A DNA stretch of 64,000 bases, taken from assembly GCA_034780895.1 (NCBI GenBank), contig JAUZTB010000075.1, forward strand, positions 15,837,487 through 15,901,486. The letters run 5' to 3'. Under the pieces are notes generated by a model. It had not been told where the DNA came from. It saw only the letters and a list, made by a program, of their open reading frames with translations, and ran no database searches. This DNA comes from Rhynchobatus australiae. Its lineage: Eukaryota. Of the stretch, positions 13,140-26,100 are shown one piece after another (positions within the stretch are counted from its first letter, which is position 1; each line of letters begins with the position of its first letter). Position numbers and translations under genes: made by a program.

Positions 13140-13830
13140 GAATTGCAATTGGTTTATTATTGTCTCTTGTACGAAGGTATGGTGAAAAACTTGTCTTACA
13201 TACTGCTCCTACAGATCAATTCATTACACAGTACATTGAGGTGGTATAAGGTAAAACAATAACAGAGTGCAGAATAAAGTGCAACAGCTATAGCCAAAGT
13301 GCAGTGCAGGTCGACGATAAGGTGCTTGGTCATAACAAGGTAGATTGTGTGGTCAAGAGTCTAGCTTATCTTAGTTGGGAACATACAAGAGTCTTATAAC
13401 AGCGGGATAGAAACTGTCCTTGAACCTGATGGTGCATGCCTTCAGCCTTTTGTTATCTTCTGCCTGATAGGAAAGGGGAGGAGAGAGAATGTCCAGAGTG
13501 GGTGGGGTCTTTGATTATGCTGGCTGCTTTACTGAGACGGTGAGGAGTATCGACAGAATCCATGGAGGGGAGGCTGGTTTCACCATGACATGCTGACCTG
13601 TGTCCATAACTCTCTGCAGTGTCTTGCAGTCATGGGCAGAGCAGTTGCCGTACCAAGCCATGGTGCATTCAGCTAGGATGCTTTCTATGGTGCAACAATA
13701 AAAATTGGTGAGCGTCAAAAGGGTCATGCCAAATTTCTTTAGCCTCCTGAGGAAGCAGAGGTGCTCATGAACTTTCTTGGCCATGGCATCTACGTGGTTG
13801 GACTAGGACAGGCTATTGGTGATGCTGACT
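13140..13830 (-). mobile_element. Rex1/Babar non-LTR retrotransposon 3' fragment
   Basis: LCFLRRLKKFGM..LTNFYCCTIESILA.C.MAWYGNCS with a (CCAAT)-type tail. Confidence 0.9.
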
Positions 13831-14989
13831 ACTATCCCTAGATTCAGCCTGACCTCCCCTAAGTATTTCCAGTGTTTTAATGTTTTTACCAGACTTTCAG
13901 TATCTGCATTACTTTGTGTGAGGGAATATTTCATGGTCACCTAATTAAGGTGCTGAAAATGGTTGAAGTGATTAAATGATCAGAGTGAAACTCTTCCAGT
14001 TGGAGGTTGGAGATTGGAATTCAGAACATGGGGGTGAGAAGACATTCAATTCAAAGGAAATTATTTCGGAATGGGCAACATCTGACAATGAAGGTGAATG
14101 AATAGTTCCAGTTCCTGACTGTGATTTTGAGTGTAACAGGGAACAATAGATTTGATCCCATGAAGAAACAATAAAAAAAGAAACCACAGTACACAGGCAG
14201 TACTTTACACACATTAGTCTGAGCTGAGATTTATGTCAATGCAAGCCTCCCACCATACTTCATTTAATCTTATCACTAAAATTCAACGAGTGCCTAGAAT
14301 CAGAATCAGATTTATTATCACTGACTTAGATAATGGGAAATTTGTTGTTTCGTGGTAGCTTTGCTGTTTCAGTGTCCTGTTATCTTCTTTCCCTCCACAT
14401 AACTTGCTCCCACTTGGTTCACTTGGGAAGGTTTAGAGTCGATGGTATTTTTTTAGTGCCTTGAGATACCTGCTAAAGGTGGTCCAGGTTTCAGAGATGT
14501 ATAAGAGGGCAGAGGTCACTGCTGCCTGATAGACCATGAGCTTATAGCTAGATTTGAAGTCTTGATCTTCAAATACCCTGTTCCTCAATTAAACAAAGGC
14601 TGTGCTGGTGCATCAGAGATGGTGAGGAAGGGAAGTGGTCCAGATTTTCCAGGTTTTTGTCATGATCCTTTATTGTCAAGAGGGCAGTGTGGTACAGTGG
14701 AAGCAGGTCAGAAGAGGAGATTGGCCTTGCAGCTATTGAGTATAAAGCCTATCTTTCCATGTGCTTTGGTGAATAAATTGACAATATCATAGAGTTCAAA
14801 GAGTGATACAGCCCAGAAACAGGCCCTTCCACAACCATGGCCCCGAGCCTAGTCTCCAAGCATGTGAAATTGCAAGTATCATCTGCGGAGTGCAGTTTAG
14901 GTGACCACACTGCTGGAGTGTAGTCACTGTAGGTTGGACAGACAACATTCTGGAGATAGTGCTGTTCCCTGAGCAACTATCAATACTTA

Positions 14990-15076
14990 TATTGGCATTA
15001 GTCTATTATTGTCACTTGTACTGAGGTACAGTGAAAATCTTGTCTTGCATACCGATCGTACAGGTCAATTCATTAC
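14990..15076 (-). mobile_element. Rex1/Babar 3' end running into a gap
   Basis: 72 bp identical to 16286-16357. Confidence 0.85.
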
Positions 15077-15721
15077 NNNNNNNNNNNNNNNNNNNNNNNN
15101 NNNNNNNNNNNNNNNNNNNNNNNNNNNNNNNNNNNNNNNNNNNNNNNNNNNNNNNNNNNNNNNNNNNNNNNNNNNNCAATGCTGCCCCTTTTGTTCTATA
15201 CTCACTATATCTGCATCAATGACAGCTGTGTTATGAGGGGGAAACAAAACCCTACCTTAAGCCCAAATCTTAAAACATGAACAGTGACCACACTGGTCAA
15301 TCAACGTAAAACCTCTAAGATTCGGGTAACCTGCAGTTCCTTGAAGCACAACTCATTTATATCTGCAGTCAAAAATACAGAATGCTAATAATGCTTACTA
15401 TGATGAAATCCCATAATCTACAGGCAGCAGAGTGCAAAGCTACAAAGGAGGCTCTGAGAATACTAATGGAAATAATTATTGCAACCCTTCAATTCAGGGG
15501 GTCTACAATCAACCGTTCACCCATGAGAAATTTAATTCAAGTGGGCAGATTTTAAGCTCTCTCTCCAACCAGGAGACATGCATCTTAATAGTTGTTATCC
15601 AAAATGGATTTTACAACTGTATTATCAACCATCAATGCCCATCCACAGACTAGAACCAACTGACAAGATTTCTCATATCTACATTTCTACTCCCATTCAC
15701 CATGTTCCTCTGTCTGTGTGT

Positions 15722-16246
15722 TTAAGATGAAACCTTGATGTTCTGTTTCTGAGATTCCAGTTCAGCAGCTTGCTGGAGTGCAACATCCACCAGCAACTGA
15801 AACCCACTGAAGTCCTGGTGGAGCTCTGGTGGAGTGGGTGGAGGTGTGTTGAACAGTCCATTGTTAGGACTAGTTGAACCTGTGCACATCACCAAGGCGG
15901 TGGGGTTATCAGTGTTGAACAGAGGTTGAACTAACTTTTGGTCGGTTAGTTTTGAGGTTTTCTTACTGTCATTTCCAGAGTCTGGGCAGAAGAGTAAAGG
16001 CATGTCCTTGACCATGGATGTTGTTGCATGACAGATGACAGAAGGCCGAATGGATGCAGGTAAGAGAGTGGGGGCGGGAGCTGCACCAGAATTCTCCAGT
16101 AGGTTTGGTCCGCCTGTTCTTCGTGATGGGGTCAGTTCAGAGGATTTACTCTTACGAGAAATGGTGAACTGATGGGGGTCTTTGCCATCCTTACGCAGCA
16201 TATCTGGCAAAAGTCTCCTCCTTGCATTGATGAACCAGTTGGAAAC
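15722..16246 (-). CDS. TGIF1: Terminal coding exon of a TGIF-family (TALE class) homeobox repressor, TGIF1-like; 174 aa plus stop
   Basis: Acceptor tttgctttcaaactttag|GTT at 16248-16247 (phase 0), then [31 protein letters not shown] (homeodomain helix 3 plus TGIF extension), RPSVICH and [35 protein letters not shown]. These are TGIF hallmarks, closer to TGIF1 than TGIF2. The family is certain; the exact paralog is not. Confidence 0.9.
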   Translation of the reverse strand, partial: VSNWFINARRRLLPDMLRKDGKDPHQFTISRKSKSSELTPSRRTGGPNLLENSGAAPAPTLLPASIRPSVICHATTSMVKDMPLLFCPDSGNDSKKTSKLTDQKLVQPLFNTDNPTALVMCTGSTSPNNGLFNTPPPTPPELHQDFSGFQLLVDVALQQAAELESQKQNIKVSS

Positions 16247-16270
16247 CTAAAGTTTGAAAGCAAAGATAAA

Positions 16271-17620
16271 TATTGGTATTGGTTCATTATTGTCACTTGT
16301 ACTGAGGTACAGTGAAAATCTTGTCTTGCATACCGATCGTACAGGTCAATTCATTACACAGTGCAGTTACATTAAATTAGTAGAGTGCATTGAGGTACTG
16401 CAGGTATAAACAATAACAGGATGGAGTAAAGTGTCACATCCTCAGAGGAAGTGCAGTGCAGGTAGACAATAAGGTTCAAGGTCACAACAAGGTAGATTTT
16501 GTGATGTCAGAGTCCATTTCATCGTATAAGGAAACCGTTCAATAGTCTTATCACAGTGGGGTAGAAGTGGTCCTTGACCCTGGTGGTATGTGCCCTCAGA
16601 CTCCTGTATCTTCTGCCTGATGGGAGAGGAGGGAAGAGAGAATGGCCTGGGTGGGTGGGGTCTTTGCTTATGCTGGATACTTCACCAAGGCAGCAAGAGG
16701 TAAAGACATGGAGGGGAGGCTGGTTTCTGTGACACACTGTCCACAACTCTCTGCAGTTTCTTGCGGTCCTGGGCAGAGCAGTTGCCATACCAAGCTATGA
16801 TACATCCAGATAGGATGCTTTCTTTGGTGCATCGATAAAAGTTGGTGTGTGTCAAAAGGGACATACCAAATTTCTTTAGCCTCCTGAGGAAGTAGAGGCA
16901 CTGGTGTGTTTTCTTGGCTGTGGCATCTATGTGATTTGACCAGGACAGGCTACTAGTGATGTTCATTCCTAGAAATTTGAAGCTCTCAATCCTCTTGACC
17001 TTAGCACCGTTGATGTAGACAGGTGCATGTACACCTCCCTTATCTTGAAGTCAATGACCAGCTCTTTGTTTTGTTGACATTGAGGGAAAGCTTGTTGTCA
17101 TGACACCATGTCACTAATGTCATGGGTGGTGGTGGAGGCAGATATGTTAGACAGTTTCAAGAGGTTTTTGGATAGGCATATGGAGGAATGTGGGATATAG
17201 GGATATGCAGGAGGAAAGGGTTAGATAGTGTGAGGTGTGGTTTGATGGGCGGCACAACACGGTGGGCCAAAGGGCCTGTATTGTGCTGTATTGTTCTATG
17301 GTTCTATGGTTCTATAAGCTCTCTATCTTCTTCCTGTACCCTGACTCATCGTTATTTGAGATATGGCCTACTACAGTGGTATCATCTGCAAACTTGTAGA
17401 TGGAGTTAGAACAGAATCTGGCCACACAGTCATGAGCATATAGGGAGTAAAGTAGAGAGCTGAGGACACAGCCTTGTGGGGCACCAGTGTTGAGGATAAT
17501 TGTGCTGCAGGTATTGCTGCCTATCCTCACTGATTGCTGTCTGTTGGTCAGAAAGTCAAGGATCCAGTTACAGAGGGAGCTGTTGAGTCCCAGGTCTCGA
17601 AGTTTGGTGATAAGTCCTGG
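16271..17620 (-). mobile_element. Rex1/Babar element (RT plus 3' end) in the TGIF intron, with a nested CR1 tail at 17118-17314
   Basis: [29 protein letters not shown] and LYFLRRLKKFGMS..NFYRCT.ESILSGCI.AWYGNCSAQDRKKLQRVV. Confidence 0.95.
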
Positions 17621-20600
17621 GACCTAACATTCATATAACAGTGTTGAACCATTAGAATTTAATCGGTTGTTTCAGGAGTCAAATTAAAAATAACTTTCTT
17701 GCATTGCTCTTCTGTTTCCAAGGGATTGGCACAGATGTCAAATTTGGACATTATTTTTGCCTTTGAGATCTTCATTGCTCAGAGCAATCCAGAAATTTTT
17801 TTTGTATTATTTAGAAAATCTACATATGTTATCTGGCATCACATTGCTAAAGAATCCTCATCAACAGACTAGTTGCAACTGATTCCAGATAAACTCCTGG
17901 ATAATGCAAACAGAATACTGAACCCACCACATGATTCCATCAGTGTCAAGTGCTCCAAATGCAAGCATTCCTGAGATCTTCAGTAGGCAATAGATGGTTC
18001 AAAATCTGCGCCCACACGCAAGCTGAGTGCAAAATACTTTTTTTGTTTTCTTCCTTCTGTACTTTGAATGTGTAATCCTTGGCCAACGTTCTGCTACCAT
18101 TAGGAGCTAACAGTTAAACTGGGTTAATCATTAAAGTATTGGTTCACAAAGAACTCAGTCTGCTGAAGGATGACTGGCAATTCCCTGTGAAGCTCAGCCA
18201 ACGTTGGAAGAAAGCCCTTATGATAATATACGTATTAGGAACATTCAAAGTGTGGCAGTGATTTATGAGCTTCTGCTCTGTGGTAGGATCAGGTGAAGGT
18301 TGCAACCCACGTCCACAGTGTGGCTTCACAAGGCCATTTCCGACTGATGATTAAATTGAACGGATACATTCTTTCATGCTTCAATCCAGCCTGGATTGAA
18401 TTCCAGCCTGTAATTCACTTCAGATATCCAGAATTCTTTACAAATAATCATCTCAAACCACAACAGGGAAATCACTGTATTGTAATCACTACAGAGCATT
18501 CCATTGATGTTCCAGAAGTATGCTGAAGGGCAATGCAACAATACTTGGAAAACTGCTGTTTTCATCTGAGGTTCTGGGATTGATTGCCCTTGCCAAGCAG
18601 TTTTGTATTTCCTTGGAATCATCAGTATTAGGTCCCAAAATGAAATGTAATAAAATTCCAAGATGTTTCAGAAATGATTGGATTCAAACCACAGTGTAAC
18701 AAATACATTTGGAACCATTTTTTTGTAAGTGAATACAGAAATGAAAACATTTCATTCCCGCCTTACATTTCACACCTTTCAATTGGGATTCATAATTTAC
18801 TTGAGTTAATAGAACAAATAATTTATCCCGTCAATTGTCACAGCACCTTGGGTGAGGCTAAGGAATATTTTGGCAGCCTCAGGAAGCTCAGTATATCTGA
18901 GAGATTTAATACACTGGATAAGATCCAGAACAACTATGTCAGAGCAGATAGAGAAGTGATGGGGATGTTTAAATCAACAGTTATAGTGAGGTAAAGATGT
19001 GTCCAGTCATTGTGGAAGCCATAACGAACTTTGCACTTAAGAATGATATTGGAGAAGCAATCTCATATCCACTATGACTCCGACATTACAGAAATATCTA
19101 AAAGGCATTTGCAGAGATTAACTGAGAATTTAGACAAGAACCATAAAAAAAGACTGGATAACACCTTAACAGAAAGAAATTATAGTTCCTGGGAAGTATC
19201 AATGAATTGCGATGTTTGAATAACTCTGGAAACTAAAGTTAGAAATTAAAAGTTGAGAAGAAGACATCAACAAAAGTGTCGTGTACTTTTTCAGTTCAGT
19301 TGCTGGCAAAAACAGCGTTTATTTCCTCTCCTTAATTGCCCTTGAGAAGTGGGTGGTGAATATTCTTGAACTGCCTCAGAGTTTGGTGTGGTGAAGGTGT
19401 TCATATGGTTCTATTGTACAGGCTGCTCCAGGACCTAGTAAAGATGGTACAGTAGAAGTTCATTTGCAAGTCAGGCTGGTGTGTGACTTGGAGGAGATTG
19501 TGGTGGTCCCATGCATTTGCTGCCCCCCTGTCCTTCTTGTTGGCAGGGATCATGCATAAAGAAGGTGATGACTGAAATTACTTCAGTGGTGCATTTGTAG
19601 TGTGTGTTGTGTAGCCATGGTGCATTATTACTTTTGTTATAAATTAGACAGATTATTAAATATTAATGTTATTTTGGTTAAAATAATTTATCAAATTATG
19701 ATATTCTTCAAATTATAATATTGATCTGACTACTGCAATATGAGCAAAGTGCAAGAGCAAAAACATACCCACTGTGCATTTGAACCACTTGAAAGGAATA
19801 CTGTGAGAATCTAGTGTGTTAATTATCAAGTAGGATACTATAAGAAAATAATTTGTCAAGGCACAAGGCTTGTGCAGCAGATGGAAGAAAAACAAATGCA
19901 GTGGTCTGGATGTATTTCAGGAATGGAAACACCTGAAATATCTCTTGTGGTCCTGCAGTGAGAGGTTTGCCAAGTAAGAAGGAAAACAAGAAACTAAGTG
20001 GAAGAGGCTGTAGAGGTGGAGGAGGGACATGGGGCTACTTGCATGCAAAGATTTTAAAACTGAGATGTTATCAGGGCAGAATTCAGTGAAGAAGAATTTG
20101 CCACAAAGGGGTACAGAAGACTGAAGCCACCAACCTGATTCAGAATTGAAAATAGTGGAAATATTTTCATTGCTGCAGAGTTCCTGATGGCAATTTTGTA
20201 GCAGTACTAGTGCTGGGAAGGTCACTATAACATGCAGGAATTGGGCATTCCCATTTCTTTGTGTTAGAGCCTCTGTGGGTGGTAGGTATATCAAAGTCCT
20301 TTGGATTAAGTGATTTATCTCACTGTGTTCACTTCTGGGTCTCAGGTTGGATTATAAACCATTCACTGAACTAAAGATTTTTCTTTCAGCAGTTTGCAGG
20401 CTGAAGAGAGTTGTGCAATATCAGTGAAAATAGTAGTGGGCACTTGCCAACATCACAAAGCCAAGGTTTGTAAATTCTTTGCCACATTGAATTACCACAT
20501 GGCACTTTCACTTCATAAATTCCATTTGAGTTGGTGACTGTTGCTACGTAACAAATACAGCACCCAAACTCTAAGCAGGATTTTAGTAACCACAAATAAG

Positions 20601-22019
20601 TAAATTAACTTATTGTACTTTTAGCTTGTTGACATTAGTTAAGGGAGGAATATTGGCAGTGTACCAGAAGTCTTCAGATTGTAGCAAGGAATAGAGTCAT
20701 CAAGTTGGATATTCATAGAGTACAGAAACAGGCCCTTCGGCCCAACGTGTCTATACCAACCATCAATTACATGTCTATATTAATCCTTTTGACCAGCACT
20801 TGGACTGTAGCCTGGTGATTCAAATGCTCATCCAGATGCTTCTTCATTGTTGTGAGAGAACCTGCCTCAAAGGCCTTCTCAGGCAAGTGCACTGCAGACT
20901 TCAACATCCTCTGGGTGAAAACGTTCTTCCTCAATTCCCCTCAAAACCTTGTACTCTTCATGTTAAAGTTATGCTGTTTAAATCCTTAGAAACATCCAGC
21001 TGAACATGCCAAGTGCACTATGATTTAATTGGTTACTTAATCTTATGGTTACTACCAATAAGTGAGGGGCAACTTCCTTCTCATTGAAACTCTCCCAGCA
21101 GCAGAGTTCTTACCATCGTTACCCTACCCAGCATGGGGTAGTTCGAGATGTGAGGGGCTTCCTATATCAGTCTTGGGCTTTTCTGACCAGTTCCTGTTAT
21201 CCTACATTCATGTTTTAATCTGAGAAAAATAATATGGATAAGCTTCATCCTTACAGACCTCTTTTAGTTATATGACCATTGGCTCCTGTCAAAGCTGAAA
21301 ATCTTTCTACCTTTTTAGTATAACTCAGATATTTGAAATCAGCCTTACTTCCCTTTTCCCTGTAATGCTTTCAAGGATGAGTTCCTTCTGGTTCTGTGGC
21401 CACAACACAAAGTATAATCTGACCTGAGTTGCATCAATCCCCCCACTCTACATGGTACATACATCATGGGCAAGTCCAGCATTTATTGCCCTTCCTTAAC
21501 TGCCTTGACAGGGTGATCATGACCCTCAGTCTTGAACTAGTGTAGGCTGTCTAGGGACAAGAGAGTGCCTTGCTGGGGCACATACAAGGACTGTTAAAAA
21601 TTAATCACATTGCTGTGAGCCTGGAATCACATATAGGCCAGATAGAACAAGGAGAACAAATTTCTTTTACTGAAGAATCATAATGAACAAGAAAGATTTG
21701 TATAATAATCCAATGTTCACCATTATTGATAACAGTTTTCTTTTAATTCAAGATTATTTAGTCAACAATATTAAATTCTTCAGTTACCATGGTAAGAATT
21801 GAACTTGTGATTCCAGATCATGAGTTCAGACCATCAGCATTTTAACCTTCATACTGCGATTGGCAATGTAATTCTGTTTTGTGTCTGTTTTGTTGACTAT
21901 TGTCCTGGAAGCAACATAGTTACAGAATCTAGAGCACAAGAACTGCCTAATTGCTCCATCTGATCTATACTGGTCTTTACTCACTGTCTCAATAAAGCAA
22001 ATATTAGGGGTCAATAGTC

Positions 22020-22385
22020 GAAGACCCCACCCACCCCAGACATTCACTCTTCTCCCCCCTCCCACTGGGCAGGAGATACAAAAGCCAGAAAGCATGTACA
22101 CACGACTCAAGCATAGATTCTATCCCACTGTTATAAGACTACTGAACGATAAGATGGACTCTCGACCTTACAATCTACATCAATATGGCCTTGCACCTTA
22201 TTGTCTGCCTGCACTGCACTCTCTCTGTAACATTTTATTCCGCATTCTGTTACTGTTTTCCTTTGTACTACATCAATGCACTGATGTCATTAAATGTTCT
22301 TCTCTATGAATGGCATGCAAAACAAAGGTTTTACTGTACCTCGGTATATGTGACCATAATAGACAAATTTATCAATTTACCCAAG
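22020..22385 (+). mobile_element. Rex1/Babar 3' fragment
   Basis: DPHP..HSL..PLPLG.RY..TRLKHRFYPTVIRLLN followed by the same 3'UTR as the other Rex copies. Confidence 0.85.
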
Positions 22386-25019
22386 ACACAAATGTTTCAA
22401 AGTCACTACCCTACCCAGTGTGCATTATTTCAGTCCTTCTTTTATATAATATAAATAATAATTATAAATAAATATTACAAATATTTACATACCTTATTTA
22501 TTATTAAATTAAATATTAGAAAATAAGATGAATGATATGAATAAATGAATGAATGGATAAATACATGATATGGATGACCATGCCCATTATTATCGACTTC
22601 ATGTTTTCCTCAGGAATTCAGTGCCTTAAAGTTCCAATTCTGCACAACGTATCCACCCACTCCTGATAACTGTCTGTTTGAAATGCTTTGCAAGTCTCTA
22701 TGTTCATCCCTGTGAAGGCTCACAGAGAGATGTTGTAGTATTTCTTTCTCTTATTCGTGGTTTCCCTTCTAATGATCTTGTTGATGCTTCAGCAACATTA
22801 ATTTCCATTTAAGTAGCAACTTGGACTCAGCAAATAATCCCAGCATGCTTCACAGGACGTTGTCAAATAAGAATTGAAGCTGAACCACATGAGGAGTTTG
22901 TAAAGACAAGCGACCAAAAGCTTTGTCAGGTGTACATTTTGAGGAGCAGCTTAAAGGAGGAGAGGAGATTTAGAGAGGGACTTCCAGAGTTTTCACCCTG
23001 CAGTTGTCAGTGGTGGAGAGATTACAATGGGATGAGCAATTGGGCAGGATTGGTGGAAAACGAAGTTCCCAGAGAGTTGGAGGGATGAGGGAGGTTACAG
23101 AAATAGGGAGAAACAATGGAGGGATTTGAAAGCAAGAGGGAGAATGTTAAAAATCAGTCATTGCATAACCATGGACTGGTGTTGGTTAGCAAATACATAG
23201 ATGGGGGAGGAACAGGATCAGGGTGAGTTTGGAAAAGAGAGCAGTGGAGCTTTGGCTAATGTTTGCATGGAATTTCCTGCTTTCCAACAGTGTTGATAAT
23301 TCAGAAGTGCCTCACTGGCTGTGAAGGACATCCTGAGATGATGGAAGGAGCTGAAGAGCTCTGAGATCCTTCTAATTTGAGGAAGTTCTGGTGATTTGTA
23401 CGAGTTCTGGCATTGAAGGGCAAACTGAGCTCCAGCAAGCACATCTGTTTACTTTGTGCATGCTCAGCAGTTTACCCACCAGCCTGTCCTTAATTTGCCT
23501 TATTTTAATGAATTCTCTAATCACACTTAACCCCATAAATGTTTCGGGTTTGACAGGGGAGATAGCGAGAGGCTGTCTCCCGACACGAATGTCACCAGTT
23601 GGAGGGGGCAGTTTCAAGATAATTTAAAAGTGCTTGCGAAATTTCCGCTCACAGAGTTCAGAGGCTTTGGAATTCTCTGCCCAAGAAAGTTAACAGTGCT
23701 TAGTCACTGAGCACGTTCAAGGCCAAGTTTGAGTCGGAGATTAGATTCATGTTTGACGGAAATCGGCATTTACACCCACACCTATTTACAACAATCCTGT
23801 TTTAATCTCGCCATTTATTCCCCCGATTCGCCTTGATTTATGAACTCAAAGGGATTTAGGGGAAAGTGGAGTAGGAGATGTGCTTCAGGATCACCGGTGA
23901 ATTTGTTCAATGGCAGAGCAAGTTTGATATCGATTCCCACTTGGCTGCTACAGCTGCTCTTGGCCTTCTTTCACTTCTATCATTGGTTGAATCCGCTCGC
24001 TCTAATGCAGCGGTGTTCAACTATTTTCGGGCGATGCGCTTTCACGTATGAGACCCAGTAAATCTTCTGGTCTGCGGAACCACGTTTATTTACAGGAGCG
24101 GAGATATATTTCAGAATCCCATCCCACTTTGCAAACCAATAATTTAATTCATCCTTCTGTTTGGATTCGTGAAAATAGATTGTTATTACGAAAACAAAAA
24201 TCGGTTGCAATTTCTAGTGCTGAACAGGTTTGAGGGACTGAGCGCGGTTTTCTGCTCCTACATTCTAAGCATGTCTTTGTTCCCATGGCGAGTGTGCTGC
24301 CTTGGGCTTTGGGTCTTGCCAGGTTATGATGTGACATTTGTGAATGATCTTTAGAAAGTATTTAGTAAAACCAATTTACCTACTGCCAAAGATAAACACG
24401 CTAACTTTCCAAAATGTTCTCAATCGTGCGATGAACTGCTTAATGAATAACTGGCTCTGTGCTTTGTAAGGTGTGTATATTTATTCTACCGACTCTATGT
24501 AACCCAACCCTTGTAGAAAAGTCAATACTGGACAAGACTCCATCCCGTTCAACGAAGCTCAGTGGGAAAATGACGCGAACTGAGAGGTTGTCCAAACTAT
24601 CCTTGCGGGCTGCCCCCAGAACACTTCGCAAAAGATGCATTTCATTGTGTGTTTCGTTGTACATGTGACTAATAAAAAAGATATCTTGTTTCTTAAAAAA
24701 GTCAGCGAGAAGCTTCCTGTAACTGAAAGATCCAAGAGAGAGAAAAAAACATTAAGGAGCAAGCGAGAAACGAGAGAAGGAGACGCTGGAGTAGAAATCT
24801 CCGGTACGGATCATTGCATTGAATTGTTGGAATTTCTGTCTGTCGTCGAAGATTGTGTCCAGAATTGACTTTTCATGAATTACAGTATCGCAACTTGAGG
24901 TCATTATTTGTTTTAAATATCTTGATTCCCCCATAATTTAACTGAAATATGGTATTGCAATCAATTATATTTTCAGGTGTAGGTCATGGTGCAAGCATGT
25001 ATTGGTCAGTCTGTATTCG

Positions 25020-25235
25020 AGTGTTTGTATGCGTGTATAGGCGGGATTTTAAATATCTCTTGCATATGTGTGTGTCAGTGTGCGTGACTTAAGTTTCTCT
25101 CCCTGTCCCTGCAAACGCACGTGCGAATGTGTTTGTGCGTGTGCTCGTCGTGTATGAGAATTTATCTCTGTCGCTGCATATATGTGTATGCGTATTTGTA
25201 TGTGTATATGTGTGTTGTGTTGTTCGTGTGTGAGT
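25020..25235 (+). repeat. Degenerate (TG)-rich microsatellite
   Basis: Alternating gtgt/gtat/gcgt runs. Confidence 0.7.
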
Positions 25236-25299
25236 GTCATCACTCACCCCGAGAGACTGCCTGAGAAGAGAAATGACTCGGTAAATTTTTTTCACTGAA

Positions 25300-26100
25300 T
25301 GTGGTCACTGCCAGAAAGTACTATCCGTAATTACCCTTCCAAAGCTGGCGGTGAACCATTTTAATGAACTCAAGCATTTGTGCTGAAAGTACTTCCACGG
25401 CATTGTTTGTTAGGGAGCTAAAGAATTTTTAAAAACGGTGACGGTGAAAGAACAGCAATTCTTTTTAATTAAGATGGAGTGTGACTTGGAGGGGAACCAA
25501 CAGAAAATGTAACAACAGTGACTATATGGCTGATGTAGTTGAATTTCTGGTTAACTTGTGACCCCAGGGAGTTGATAGTGGGGATTTGGTCGTGGTAATA
25601 TCACTGAATGTCAAGAGCAGGGTTGTGAGATGCTCTGTTGTTGGAGATGGCCATTGCCCAGCACTTGAATAATATGAAGGTTACTTTCCATTTATCAGTC
25701 CACCTCTGAATGTTGCCTGGCTCTTGCTACATGCTGGCATGGATTGCTTCAGGTTCTGTGGAACCGTGTACAGAATTCAACTGTCTGGAACTGAATGGTC
25801 CTGACTGTGCCCAAAATGAGCATCACTGAACAGGTAGATGCGCTTGACAAGTCAGTATACAACACCTTCCATTACAATGGTGAGGACTAAACTGATGGGA
25901 AGAGAATTGTCCTGTTCACTATGGACAATCTTGCACATTATCAGTAAATGTCAGTGTTGTAGCTGCATGGAGACAGCTTGGCTGCAGTCACAGCCAGCCG
26001 TGAAGCAAGTCGACAGCTAGAATGATGTTGGGTCCAATAACTTTGGTTTCATTCAGTGTTCTCCGTTGTTCCCCAATATAGAATTGGCTGAGGACTGATC
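25300..26100 (-). mobile_element. Old CR1/L2-group LINE 3' region; related fragments at about 19320-19625, 21475-21660 and 59000-59425 (plus)
   Basis: Shared taattgcccttgagaag..ggtggtga..gtgtgacttggagg motif. The 59014 ORF gives the RT C-terminus YINSMAAKA.KR..IL..AW.S.A.T..K.L.TIQD.A. Confidence 0.6.
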
